Part shown: positions 13,735 to 25,473 of the stretch, one piece after another | Numbering within the stretch: the first letter of the stretch is position 1 | Layout: the number at the start of each line of letters is the position of its first letter | Origin: Paecilomyces variotii | Taxonomy: Eukaryota | DNA: 64,000 bases | Assembly: GCA_004022145.1 (NCBI GenBank) | Contig: RCNU01000009.1 | Direction: 5' to 3' (one strand) | The notes under the pieces: model-generated | What the model was told of the DNA's origin: nothing | Databases searched by the model: none | The model's input: the letters and a program-made list of their open reading frames with translations, nothing else | Position numbers and translations under genes: made by a program

Positions 13735-13822
13735 TTTATTTATCAGCAAGGAAGAGGACACTTGTTGCCACCACATGGTGCACGCCACGATCAAGGTATT
13801 GGAAGATCCAATCGTGTATTGG
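13735..13822 (-). promoter_or_regulatory. tigA promoter: UPRE-like element, TATA-like AT run and three CCAAT boxes
   Basis: Minus-strand ACAAGTGTCCT at 13755-13765, resembling HacA-type ACACGTGTCCT; ATAAATAAAT at about 13734-13743; ATTGG/CCAAT/ATTGG at 13798, 13808, 13818. Confidence 0.5.
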
Positions 13823-13979
13823 TCGGGCTATTCTACATTGCCTTTCTACCATAGTTAGCAATATAGAGATAAGATTTAAAAATTTACTGCTGCGTTTAAT
13901 ACGATATGATATAATATTCATTTCTAGTAAATAAGCTAAATGGTCGGAGCATAAAGGCTGAAGTATTATATCTGTCACA

Positions 13980-14580
13980 GTGCCAGCATAGAAAGTTCCA
14001 ATATTAAGCTATCAGCTCGATAATAACTAGCTAGAGAGTAGACTTGTCTACTTCAAGACAGTCCTAGGTCTTCAGATATTCGGTCACGTGAATGGTTGAA
14101 TGGTATGACCTCGTGGATATCTTCATCGCACAGCTCGATCCTGGTTTAAGGTCTTCGAGCTACGTCTTGTCCATTGAGTTTGCCTGCAATAGCTCGTTTT
14201 GCAGCCTGGACCTGATAGATAAAGATCCTGCAGCTAGCCTGAGTATCAACGACCTAATTCTATTCGTTTCTGACTGCCTGTGAACCCACGACTTGGCAAT
14301 ATCACAGGATCAGATAGGCAGATTAGGTTAGATATCACGATACGGAACTATAATGTTAAATGCTCGGCCTAGACAGGCACTACATAGTCCTAGATCTAGT
14401 CGTGATATAGCAATGACTACATTGACGATAGCCTAGATCTAGATGATGGGAATAGCTTGTCAGATCCAGGTAACTCTACTGATCCTGCAGAGGATAAAAG
14501 AGGATAGTCAAACCCCCTAGAGATTCCAGCAGAGAATAATACTAGCTAGACGGAGCAGCGATTTAGCTAATAGGCAATAT
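13980..14580. pseudogene. Degenerate, TpA-rich (RIP-like) relic of unknown origin
   Basis: Dense TAG/CTA/TAA. One + frame reads as protein-like sequence punctuated by TAG/TAA/TGA (e.g. ...CSA*TGTT*S*I*S*YSNDYIDDSLDLDDG...). No family recognised. Confidence 0.35.
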
Positions 14581-15173
14581 CAGAAGTAATAAATAATCTT
14601 TGTCTCAGTGATTGGAAATAAAGGCCATTTTCTATTTCCTGTCTGGCGCTGACTGCATTAGGTTTAGTGTTAGCTGTATTAGGGAAAGTACTAGTTGTCT
14701 ACTTATTTGGGGATCCATGGCAGGGCCCCGGCCATCTACTGCTTTTATACAACGACTACCTACCTAGGTACTGCGTAGCTGATATCATTATTAGGCGCAG
14801 TTTCCCTGATTGCACTAAGTCATTTCTTTAACGATATTGATAACAGTCTATAAGTAATAGATACATATAGTTAAGGAAAAATCCTCCCCTTTCAGACTTA
14901 CTTATGCTAAAAGCGCATATATTATTGCTCAAGAGTCTTTGAAGTCAATCCCTTCATATAGATGTGCCACAAGACAGAACTTACATTGGGGATAATATTC
15001 TATGACGTACTAAAAGGGCAAACAGGCAATATAAACATTGAAAAAAATCTTCAAGAGCAGGCCAATATGATAACATCATTCACTCCCTGAGCGTTGTCAC
15101 CTGCTAGGCAACCACCCTCCCTAAGTACCGTCTTATTTGCTCCTTCATCTCTTTCCCCCTCTTTCCTCTTATC

Positions 15174-16829
15174 ATGTCTACCATGATGCCAGAGTCGATA
15201 CCAGGCTTTCATGCCATTGGGCGAACTCCCGGGACTACAGAAGACATGAACGGTCTCTCATTCGCAACAGACTGCCCACCCGATATTGGCCCAAGGACCC
15301 GCCTGATCGCAGTTTGTGGCATCACCGACGACCACGACCAAGCTAGTCCAACGAAGGACGGCTGGTTCTTCTCGGACTTTTATCTGTTCCATTACCTCTT
15401 TTCTGATCCCCATGGGCCAACACCATCTCATGTCTGGATGACTAGTGAAAAGCCCGAAGACCTCGTGCAGAAGTACACAGAATACATACATGAAGATGCA
15501 AAAGAAGAGCGAAGAGTCGTACTGGACCAGAATATGATTCCAGGGATCGAACAAAGTGGCAGCTTATGCGTTGTCTCGAGGAAGGATCTTCTAGAACGTT
15601 TCTTGTCCAGTCTACGCGAACAATCGCTCTTGGCTAAGAATGAAAATCAGCACTTGGTCGTCTTGGTTTTTGGTCATGGGGATCTGGAAACATTTGGCTT
15701 GGCTCTCGGCGGAGTCAAACCAAACCTCAAAATTGAAGACGTCCAGCACGCTCTGCAGCCTGGCACACCTGTCACACTGTTCATGACATCGTGTTTCTCT
15801 GGGGGCTGGATTGTAAAGCCGAACGCAATGACATCCAAACCTATCACTCGCGCAGAGAGCCAATCTTGGCCAGTCAGTCCCAGTATCAGTCGAGCGTGCG
15901 GAAGTATGATCACGAGTGCAATTCTACAAACCAGTATCGCGATCGAGAACTCACAGGAGACAGCTGAAATTCGCCACGACCCCACGTACTTCTCATTTGC
16001 GCAAGCTGTATACGATTCGTATAAGAGACTTGATCATTTCGCTGACGAAAAGGCAATCCATTTCTCTGCTCAAGACGATCAGTGGGGACTTCACTTCAAA
16101 TGTCGTAGTGGTATACCGCTATCACAATTGAAGTCACGCTGGGAGTCACTGCGCTCCGTGCCAGTAGGGGATTATAGATCTGGAGGTTCAGACGGGCTTG
16201 GTACGGGCACTAGACTTCTCGAAACAGTCAGAAAACGTAGCAAAGTGAAATATGCCGCCCGATTCTATTTTGACAAGGCGAACCCTGGTCTACACAACTA
16301 TGCGTCAAATATTACACTCCATGGCCAGCTGATGCGCTTGCTTGATGGCAAGGAGAAACTCGACGACGAGGAGCTGGATGAGATTTATGAAGCACTGAGG
16401 TACCGACTCGATGCTCTCGCCCAAGCTGAGGAACTTGCTACGGTTATGGGTGTCGCTAATGAAGCCTTTGACGCGTATTCATTTAATTAGGAGCATTGGA
16501 AAATCTCGGAAGAGGAAGACAAGCTTGATGCACTCGCCTGGCGGTTGCTGATTGAGAAAAGGATAGTAGACAAACCGGTGAGGGGTCTTTTTTGGCCCAA
16601 GCCTGTCCGTTTCCTCTCTGCTTGTTTAGTCACGTCTGGGCTAGACTACAATGAAATCCAGCAAAGAGTCGCAATTGCAGAGGGTTATAAACGCAGACAA
16701 GCAGAAGCTATTTCGGAGTTACATGGCAGCCAAATCACGAGGGATGAGGAAGTGATCCGTTGCCGCGATATTTTAGTGGACAAAATGAAGAGTCTTGGGT
16801 ATCAGGCCCGGGCAGTTTTTTCCGGCTAA
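15174..16829 (+). pseudogene. Intronless caspase-like (clan CD) cysteine protease homolog interrupted by one in-frame TAG
   Basis: LVVLVFGHG (His168) and VTLFMTSCFSGGW (Cys207). ORFs 15174-16490 and 16545-16829 share a frame, separated only by TAG 16488-16490 and an open linker (EHWKISEEEDKLDALAWR). Confidence 0.65.
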
Positions 16830-17106
16830 TGGTCGGTATTCGATAGTAATCTTTGCTTACTTATGGATCTTCCTGTTACGAAGAAGGGAACACACTTGGG
16901 GAGGGCCTGAATGCTGAAAGTATCTAGTCATACATACAGGGCATGACCGAAGAAGCAAACCAGCAGCACTATGCCTAGTGTTGGCCTTCTTTTTTTTATC
17001 TTTCTCCCAGGAGCTCATAGCTAAAAGTTCGTGTGTGTGTCGCCAATGGTACTTCGTAGAAGTCTGACGCATATCTTTGCCAAGTACATGAAAAGCCGAC
17101 AATCAA

Positions 17107-19740
17107 TCAGACTCTCTCGGCCAACCACTTGTTGGCGTCTTCCCAGAATTTCTTCTCCTTAAACTCCTTGCCTGCGTTCTGAGTGCCCTTGTAAACCTAG
17201 ATTAGAATGGTCAATTAGCATGTATTCAAATCCGGAGAGTAGCAAACAAAAAGGCCACTCCACTTACCGCACTGAAAAGCTTGAACGCGGCGTCAAGGTT
17301 GCCCGTGAAACTGTCGCTGTGCTGGAACCATTCCTTGCCCTTGGCCTTAACTTCTGCTCGGGCCTCTGGCGAAGTCGGCTCTGGATGGTGGGGAAGGTCA
17401 TCAAGATAGGTCCGAACGGCAATACCAAGACCACAGTCGTTGTCGTCAATGAAGGGCAATCTGAGTAGCAGGTCAGTTCCCACTCATCACTCTAAACCAA
17501 GGATACATACTTCACGCTCATTTCCGTCCAATCCTTGCGGTCTCTATCAGCATCTCCACTAAGGAGCAATCCGGCCAGAACAACCTCGATCAGATCTCTC
17601 AGAGTCTCGCGGACCGCAGAGATCAGCGAGCGATAGTACAGGAGTTGCCGGCTCAGAGGGCCGGAATATCCAATGCTCTTGTGACGGAGCTTTCCAATGC
17701 AAGCAACACGAGAAACCAATGTGTTGAATTGCTTGTCCTCGTCTGTAACATAGTCAGCATCGTCTCACACCTCCAACGAATTGTGGAGTCAATATGCTTA
17801 CCTGAGCCTCTCATAGGACCGCCCGACACATGAGAGAACCAATCTTTGGAGCTCAGTATTCCCATGCGGAGCAACTCGATGGCTATGAAGGTGGACTCTT
17901 CGAGATTATCCTCCGGGTCCAGAACCGAGAGAGCTTGCTCAAGGCATGTTCCCCAAGCCGTGAGCTGATGTTTCTCGTCAATATAGCCTCGGAGTTGCAA
18001 GAACCGCCAAAAGACATTGGCTAATATATCACCCTGCGATGAAAGGGGCTTATGGATATCAGTAAGGTGTTTCGTATAGGGCTTGAGGAATTTGCTTACA
18101 GGAGTATCTTTGCCAGCGAAGGACTTGGAGACGAAAGATTGGTCTTTCAGTGACTGCACAGCAAACTTGAATGATCCCTGAGGAGCCTGCCATATGTTAG
18201 AGTTATTCATAGGATATAGGAGACAAGAGTAACGAACCTGGAGTTTCTTAACGCTCTCCGGGAACTGCTCGCTGTTGATCCTCCATGACTGTATGGTTTC
18301 CTTAATGGAGGGAAGGGTTTTCAGGTTGACTGAACGATCAGACTTCTCATCAAACCAGGTGCGCACGTTGATCACCTTCGTCTGATAGAAGCGGTGAAGA
18401 GAGTTTGAAAGGAGACAGATAGCTTGCGTTCGGATAGGAGTGAGAAGATCTCCCACAAGGTGGCGGTAGATTTCGGAGTCCTCGGCTCCAAGAGGCAGGG
18501 AGACCAAAACCTCTCCGGAAGTCAGATAGTTCGGGACGTGGGATCCAAGGATGCCCTTGGATAGATAGAAGTAGAGCTCCTCTGGCAGTCGTTGACCGAT
18601 CAATTCGTGCATGTCTGAAGGAGCATAGTCCGGGTCCATAGGGCCAACTTTGCCATCAATGTCGGTGAATACATGGTGTCTCACAGTCATGGAAGCCCGC
18701 TTGAAGCGGTCCAGGTATTGGAGATCCTGCACCCGACGGTCTTCCTCGAACTGAGAGCAGAGCGCAACCGCATTTCTACCAGCAGCAGTGAACATGGCAA
18801 GTGCATCGCGAATGTTCATTGTCTTTCCTGGGTATGTGGGATTGTCGAAGAGGGGAAATGTCCGCAGGTACTGAGAACCCAAGAGCAGAGCAAAATCGAC
18901 AAACTGGTCATTCGTCAATCGGCCCAGCTCGTCCTGGCAAGCCTGCTTTGTGATCCAGTAAAACTGCGACGGTTCCATGTCGATTCGTGTGATGAGCTTA
19001 TCAACATCGTAGAGGAGGACCTCAGAAGAACCGAAGATAGCATCGATCAGCTGGTGAGGGCCCTTGGCTAGGTATGACAGCTTTCCATCTCCATAGTTAG
19101 TATAAGAGTATCGGTGGCCACCCATCTCTCCGCACTCACCTGAGCTGCCGCACTGTAGGGAGCGACTAAGAAATCAACCCCGTTCTGGTGAAGGATCCTC
19201 TGCAGGAATCTGTACAGTGCTTCCGGCTTCAAGGTGCCTTGTCCCAACGTCAGCTCCCCGCCAATAACTCCGAGCAGGGAACATACCGGCACTGCTGAAA
19301 GCATCTACCACCTGGTCCGCCTGTTGTTGGTCGTAAAGCTCCCAAGCTTGATCGAACGCGCGAGCCGACTCAGCCTGGACCTGAGGACGCTGGTCCCGCT
19401 TTCCCCAATCGAGGCCATTGAAGACGAAGACCAACGCGATCCCTAAGTTCTTGAATATCTGTAACTCTCTCTCGATATTTCCTTTCAGGGCAAATGGGAA
19501 GCCACCAAGTGCGATCAAGAGAGGTTCGCGGGTAGTGTGGTGGTGCAGGTGCAGGTGGATGTAATGCGACGCATCAATACCGATGACAGCACCCTTGAGT
19601 GCAGAGAGGGGAAGCGACTGCGTACGGCCAGCAGCCCATTCATCCAACGCGCGGACTACATTTCAAGCACACAGCGTCAGTAGAGGTCCAGCCAAAAGCT
19701 TCGAGCGCTCCGCGACAACACCGGGCCACTTACTGGGCAT
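17107..19740 (-). CDS. mkt1: Mkt1 post-transcriptional regulator (XPG-like PIN plus MKT1 N/C domains)
   Basis: MPIRALDEW...IGIDASHY...ALGGFPF...VFVFNGL; VAPYSAAAQ; HELIGQRLPEELYFYLS; HKSIGYSGPLSRQLL; multi-intron model ending ...NKWLAERV* at 17107. Confidence 0.88.
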
Positions 19741-20599
19741 CTTCAAAGCTAGAGCTCGTCTCAAGGACACGGGAAAGAGGTTCGGTTGGCGGTGCCAGGC
19801 ATGGAGGGACTGGATAGAAACGGCCAGGCCAGAATTGAGGGAGGTACCTGGAGAGATGGCCTATTTCACCCAAATGGGTGATGTTTGTGAGCACGAGTTT
19901 GTTAAATAATGTGATATACCGGAGCGGACAGAACAACGTCCCAGGCCTAAGGCGGAAGGCGGAGAGTTCTGGGCCTGAGGAGAGAAGGCGCCCACTCACC
20001 GGCTCTCTAGCATCGCTGAATCCCCCCACCACCAACGGGCTAGAGGTATTCTTGTCCACCATAACTGTTCATGCAGAATTGGGTAGACAGGCTTAGACAG
20101 TCTAGAGATGTTGTTGTGACAGGTGCAATAGTGTGAGAACTGCAAGTGAGGGCTGCAACTTGTTTACATTGTCACATGGAGCTATGCTCCGCTTTCAGGT
20201 CGTGTTGATGAAAGGGACTCACTGAAGACTGGTCCGGATCTCTCTCTCTCTTTCTCACATCATGTGGCGTTGATCTGTCGTTTATCCCTCCACAAGGGAT
20301 GAGAGGGAGCTCTAATTTTGTGTGTGTGTGGGTTGGAGATGCCATAGCTCAACCCATCTATATATACTGTGTACCTCAAGGCACCCTTCTGGAAAACGGC
20401 CCTTTTCATATAAGCGGTGACTGCTTCTGGATGTACAACCTAAGATTACCACGCAAGAATATTTTTATCTTTATGTTTAGTTATAGATATCTGCTCCTGG
20501 CCTTAGTGACTGAATTAAGTGTCCATGTCCATGTCCATGTCCGAGTCTAGGGATGTGGGATACCATATATGTTTAATTGACAATTTCTAACATCAAAGC

Positions 20600-21225
20600 A
20601 AGCCATATCGCAGGATAAAAGGCTATCTTCTGAGACATGGCGAAGAGCTATCCGAGATCCCCAGCTTCCTCCAATGGGCTGTTTTCCGAATCTTAACGAC
20701 ATCGATCGTCACCCTGGAACAAGAATACACTCCATAGTATGTGGGGACATAGAGCCTCATCGCGGTACGGACAAATTAGTTCAGGATAACCTAAAAAAGA
20801 AAATGTCCCCTGGATGGTAATAAATAATCAGGGACCAGTGATAAAAATAATAACCGGACTTCCGCGCTGTCTTGCAACTGAGATCCCTCCGAATAGAAAT
20901 CGGGTCGCTCCACTCCGACGATGAGCGATGGGCGAGAACCGCGGCGGCCCGCTTGCAAACCTTGGCTATTAGTTAGTAGTTGACTGTTAACTAACTTATC
21001 TATTGACTAACATTTATACTAAAGTCAAGAAAAGTCTCATTCGATAACGTGCAGCGCTGGTCGAGGATAAGCTCGCTCTAGGAAATCTGATAAACAGAAC
21101 CACACCCCGCAACCACCACTACTTAGATCGGATAGTATACTTATTTCATATTTCACCATCCCCCGCATTCCATCGTCTCTCTCAGCCCGTCATCTACGAG
21201 TTGGATTCTTAGTTATCAGCTAGGG
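20600..21225 (+). promoter_or_regulatory. GATA-site cluster including ATCTGATAA upstream of the 2OG-Fe(II) oxygenase
   Basis: About ten GATA(A/G) cores on both strands; ATCTGATAA at 21085-21093; CCCCGC (CreA-type SYGGRG, reverse) at about 21105 and 21161. Confidence 0.4.
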
Positions 21226-21229
21226 CACC

Positions 21230-21441
21230 ATGGCAGAAACAGCCGCAGTGACAGCTCCCATCCAGCTGCCTATTATCAATATCGCCAATCCCGATGATCA
21301 CGCCGTGGGAAAGGCAATGATTAGCGCAGCTGCCAAATATGGTTTCTTCTACGTCGACACCAAGGGCAGTGATTTTTCACCGGCGGATATTGAGCATATG
21401 TTTGAATTGGTACGTCAATCTAATCCCTAAAAAACTGGTTC

Positions 21442-21483
<42 letters not shown>

Positions 21484-22864
21484 ACTTGTCGTTAATCGAT
21501 ATCTGACCCTATCATAGTCCAAGAAATTCTTCGCCTCTCCGCCGGAGGAGAAAGAGGCAGTCAAGATCACTCCGAATGTAGGTTCTATCACTGGAGTTAT
21601 ATAGAAAAATAGAACCCCTCACACCCCTTCTCTTTTCCTCTTGTGTCTGTATGAATCGACCTATGCAAAAGTATCAGTTAATTAACCAGATATCAAATGT
21701 CTAGAACCGCGGCTGGTCCGGAATGCATACTGAGACCCTGGACCCCGAACATCAACGAGTATGTAATCTTCCATCCTTCCTTTATTTCCATATGCCATAA
21801 CTAACATTTTCATCCAGACTGGCGATTTCAAAGAGTATGCCTTTTTTTTTTATCTTCTCATTTGATTAGGATTACAAAAACAGTACAAGCTGATACTTAC
21901 TGCGCATCATCCATCCATCAGGGCAATGAACTTCGGAGAGTTCAAAGATGGAAAAGCCCAACAACCAATCCCTTCCTCCCTTGTCCCGCATGAGACAGAG
22001 CTCTGTCACTTCGCCGAATTATGCAATAAGACATGCTCTCGCATATTGAAGCTAATGGCTCTAGGACTAGAGGTGAGTCTTCTCTCTCCCCTCCTTGGTT
22101 TTCCCCGAATTCCAATTCCTTCTATCCGTACATACATAGCAATTTCGAACAAAGTACACAATGACTAACAGAAAACATTTACTCTATATAAATGATCACA
22201 GATCCCATCAGACTTCTTCACTTCCCGCCATGACCCCTCTAAGGGTCCAACTGGCTCTATCCTCCGTCTGCTCTACTACCCTTCCATTTTCTCCCCTGCG
22301 TCTTCAACCTATAAGCATGACGTGGACGTTCGCGCAGGGGCGCATTCCGATTATGGTAGTATCACCCTCTTGTTCCAGAGACCCGGCCAGCCGGGTTTGG
22401 AGATCCTCACTCCGGAAGGAACTTGGGCTCCTGTGCCTGTTCAGCCTGGTGAAGCTACGCTCACAGCTGCAAGTTCGTCATCTACATCGACTGTGCCTCC
22501 GATATTGATTAATATCGGCGATCTCCTCAGTTACTGGACCGATGGCCTCCTTAGGTCCACTGTGCATAGAGTCGTGTTTCCTTTGGCGGAGCAACGGGCC
22601 CCGAATCCTCAGGACCGATACAGTATGGCGTTTTTCTGCCATCCTGTGAATGAGACGGAGTTGGTTCCTGTGCCGAGTGAGATCGTGGCTGCTCATAGGG
22701 AGAGAGTGAAGGAGAGTCAGAGTCAGGGCGGGAGCCAGAAAGTCGGGTTCGGTGGTGGAGCGGGAGATCTGGAACCGGGCAAGAGGGCCTTGACGGCGGT
22801 GGAACACTTGGCTTCAAGATTGGCGGCGACGTATGGGTTTAAGAAGGAAGAATATTCCGCGTGA
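21230..22864 (+). CDS. 2-oxoglutarate/Fe(II)-dependent dioxygenase (IPNS/flavonol synthase-like; DIOX_N plus 2OG-FeII_Oxy)
   Basis: LPIINI...AKYGFFYV; RAGAHSDYGSITLLFQ (HxD), STVHRV (distal His), RYSMAFF (RxS). Five introns, including one flanking a 17-nt exon at 21818-21834. Confidence 0.9.
21446..21482. repeat. Poly-T homopolymer (37 nt) in intron 1 of the dioxygenase
   Basis: Uninterrupted T run counted directly. Confidence 0.9.
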
Positions 22865-23631
22865 TTTAACTACTCTATTCCCGCGGGTCCTTATATGTAT
22901 CTACTGTTTCAAGGCTACTACTTGGTCTGCTGCACTACTTCTGAGTCCTAGGCATCCAAAGATAGTAAGATATCCGTATGTAGATTTCATTTACATCATG
23001 TCTGCTCTTCCGCAATGTATCCAGAGATGCAAACGCAGGAAGAGAACAGGGAGACTCGAGAAAGGGAAAATATAAAGAGCAGTAGATCATAGTGGTATAT
23101 GAAGAAGAAGCTCAGAGAGAGAAAGTAGCGCAAAATGGAAATGAAGAAGCCATGAAATTTACTGATGGCTGTCAATTATTTTCAAAGCAACTACAGATCA
23201 ACGAAGATATGCAAACTCCATGTGAGGCAATCCGAAGGTAAATGCATGGTCCATTCGAGATGCCCTGTGATCACAAGACGATGAGATGCTGATGAAGCGA
23301 ATATGAGAGTCATCCATGATTGCAAAGAATTCAAAACAAAAGCAGATAGACATTGACCGGGTCTCAATCGCCGATTATCCAACCCGGCGAATAAATAGCT
23401 TGGCAGAGAAAACAAATGACATACAAAAGGTATCTCTGGTGTCGAATACAAACGCCGCCGGTACTGAGCAGGGAGAAAACACGGAACCTGCCCCAGTACA
23501 GAAATGCCATGTATGAGGGAGAATGGGAAAAGAAAAGCCTCGACCAACGATGCGTAGGAAGACACGTGACGCAAATGACGCTATGCTACTTAGATGCAGT
23601 GATGATTTGTTCCACCTCAGTTTCCCTTCAC

Positions 23632-25473
23632 CTAAGGGGTACTATGGCACCAGTGACGGTGGTACACCCAGGCTGCCTTCTGGCAATCTTTGCTGCAGTA
23701 TTTCGTGCGACGACACCTGCGACACTTGGCAAACTGCCGTTGGAACTCCTCCCATTTTCCGCACTTGTAATACGCACACTGCCGGATACCACCCCGTGAC
23801 TCGTCTTTCCGACACAGGTTCCTCATTACCACACAGGCCCAGTACTGCATGTCTTTGGAATGATGCCGTACGGTGAACTTTTCCACCAACGGGAAAATGT
23901 TGAAGTCATCCGGAAGGAGATATTCATCTTCCTCTTCCTCCGGCTCCACGGGCGAGGTGGACCCCGTGGCTTCATCCAACATCTGAAGTTCACGCTCGAT
24001 CTTGAGCTTGGGGACTAGGTGCGAGTGCTGGAAATAGGAACGGAGATTGCAGTATTTGGAAACGTAAGCAAGGAGTTGCAACGACATCAGAACGTCTTCG
24101 TCCCGAGGCATCGCCGCTAGCACCCCTTGGGTGGCTGCAGATGAGCGGTCACGGAGGTATAACGGATAAGGGTTGGGCATAGTCGGAGAGTTGGTGTTGT
24201 TAGCACCCTGAGTAGGGGAGAGGCCAAATCCAGCGTTGCCTTGCGCGTTGGTCGTGTTCATACTACCATCGACAGCAGAATGGTGAGTGATGTTGAATGT
24301 TTCCGCATCTTGGCCCTGGGTGGGATCCGTCATCGTCAGGCCATGTGGGTTGGAGACATCATCCAAGATAGATTCCCTGTCGCCGACATCATCAATCTCC
24401 ATCCGATTCTGGAGTCCTACGATAGGCTCTGCTGCTTCCCCGGAGACATCGTCATCACCCATAGGAGAGTCATCGCCATTGGTATCTTCGAAATCCGTTG
24501 ACCCAGAGGACTGCTGCTGTCGAATGACAGGTCGTTCACGCCGCGTCACCGCGTTAGACACGCTCCGGGGTTGTTGGAGTGGTCCGCCCGGGGTCGTGGG
24601 AGATTCCGGTTGTGATGCGAAACCAGCGTGGACTCCCGGTAGCATGCTAGGCAGTCGATCAGCGTCCCTGACTGGGCGCAAGCCAAATCCATCGGCAGCA
24701 TCCATAGGAGGCACGGCAGTAGCCAGAGGCTGGGTGACCCGCAGACGATGGGCGCCTTGCTGCTGAGGACGTCCATCATGTAGTCGATGAGTATGAACCT
24801 CACGACCAAAGACTGTTCGCTCAGGCGGAGACGTCATAGGAACTTGTGGCGAGGATGCAATGTCCATTGCATTGGCATCGTTAGGGGTCTGCCCTTGGGA
24901 GAAGGGCTGTGGGATCTCTATCGATGGAGGCGGAGCCTGTCGACGGGACGGACGTTGTTCATTATCATTAGTATTAGTATTGAACGGTCGCTCGAGGAAC
25001 GAAGATCGCGCGGCAGATTCACGCGGGCGTGAGACGACTTTGGCGTGCCGTGAGGTACGCTGGGACTCGGCATCAGCACGTGCTCGTACTTTGTCGATGA
25101 CTTTGATGTAGTTATCGAGGATCGTAGCAATCACGGGGACCATATCTGCCTCCACCACCCTCGTTCTCACGTTTTCCGAACCTCGTACTCCAATGTTGAC
25201 GACACATTGGAAGGCAAGGCTCCATTTCCACATCTCCATGAGATCCCTGCTTCTCCCCTCCTTGAGGATGCATATCAGGCGCTCAATGCCTCCATCGACA
25301 GTGAGAATATCACGGATCCGAGCAGAGGACGTCGTGAGATATGCGAGGTGATTGAGGGAGTTGACCAGAGGTAGGGTCGATGTGCAGTCGAGCGCCCGCC
25401 GATCATAGAGGGTGGTGGTGATGTTCACGGACGCCTTGTTCACGTTGGGTATACTGAAATTGACCTCCCTCAT
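23632..25473 (-). CDS. samB: MYND-type zinc finger protein SamB (Mub1 homolog)
   Basis: MREVNFSIPNVNKASVNITTTLYDRRALDCTS start; C-terminal CAYYKC...CRRCRRTKYCSKDCQKAAWVYHRHWC MYND finger; intronless 613 aa. Confidence 0.95.
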   Translation of the reverse strand: MREVNFSIPNVNKASVNITTTLYDRRALDCTSTLPLVNSLNHLAYLTTSSARIRDILTVDGGIERLICILKEGRSRDLMEMWKWSLAFQCVVNIGVRGSENVRTRVVEADMVPVIATILDNYIKVIDKVRARADAESQRTSRHAKVVSRPRESAARSSFLERPFNTNTNDNEQRPSRRQAPPPSIEIPQPFSQGQTPNDANAMDIASSPQVPMTSPPERTVFGREVHTHRLHDGRPQQQGAHRLRVTQPLATAVPPMDAADGFGLRPVRDADRLPSMLPGVHAGFASQPESPTTPGGPLQQPRSVSNAVTRRERPVIRQQQSSGSTDFEDTNGDDSPMGDDDVSGEAAEPIVGLQNRMEIDDVGDRESILDDVSNPHGLTMTDPTQGQDAETFNITHHSAVDGSMNTTNAQGNAGFGLSPTQGANNTNSPTMPNPYPLYLRDRSSAATQGVLAAMPRDEDVLMSLQLLAYVSKYCNLRSYFQHSHLVPKLKIERELQMLDEATGSTSPVEPEEEEDEYLLPDDFNIFPLVEKFTVRHHSKDMQYWACVVMRNLCRKDESRGGIRQCAYYKCGKWEEFQRQFAKCRRCRRTKYCSKDCQKAAWVYHRHWCHSTP

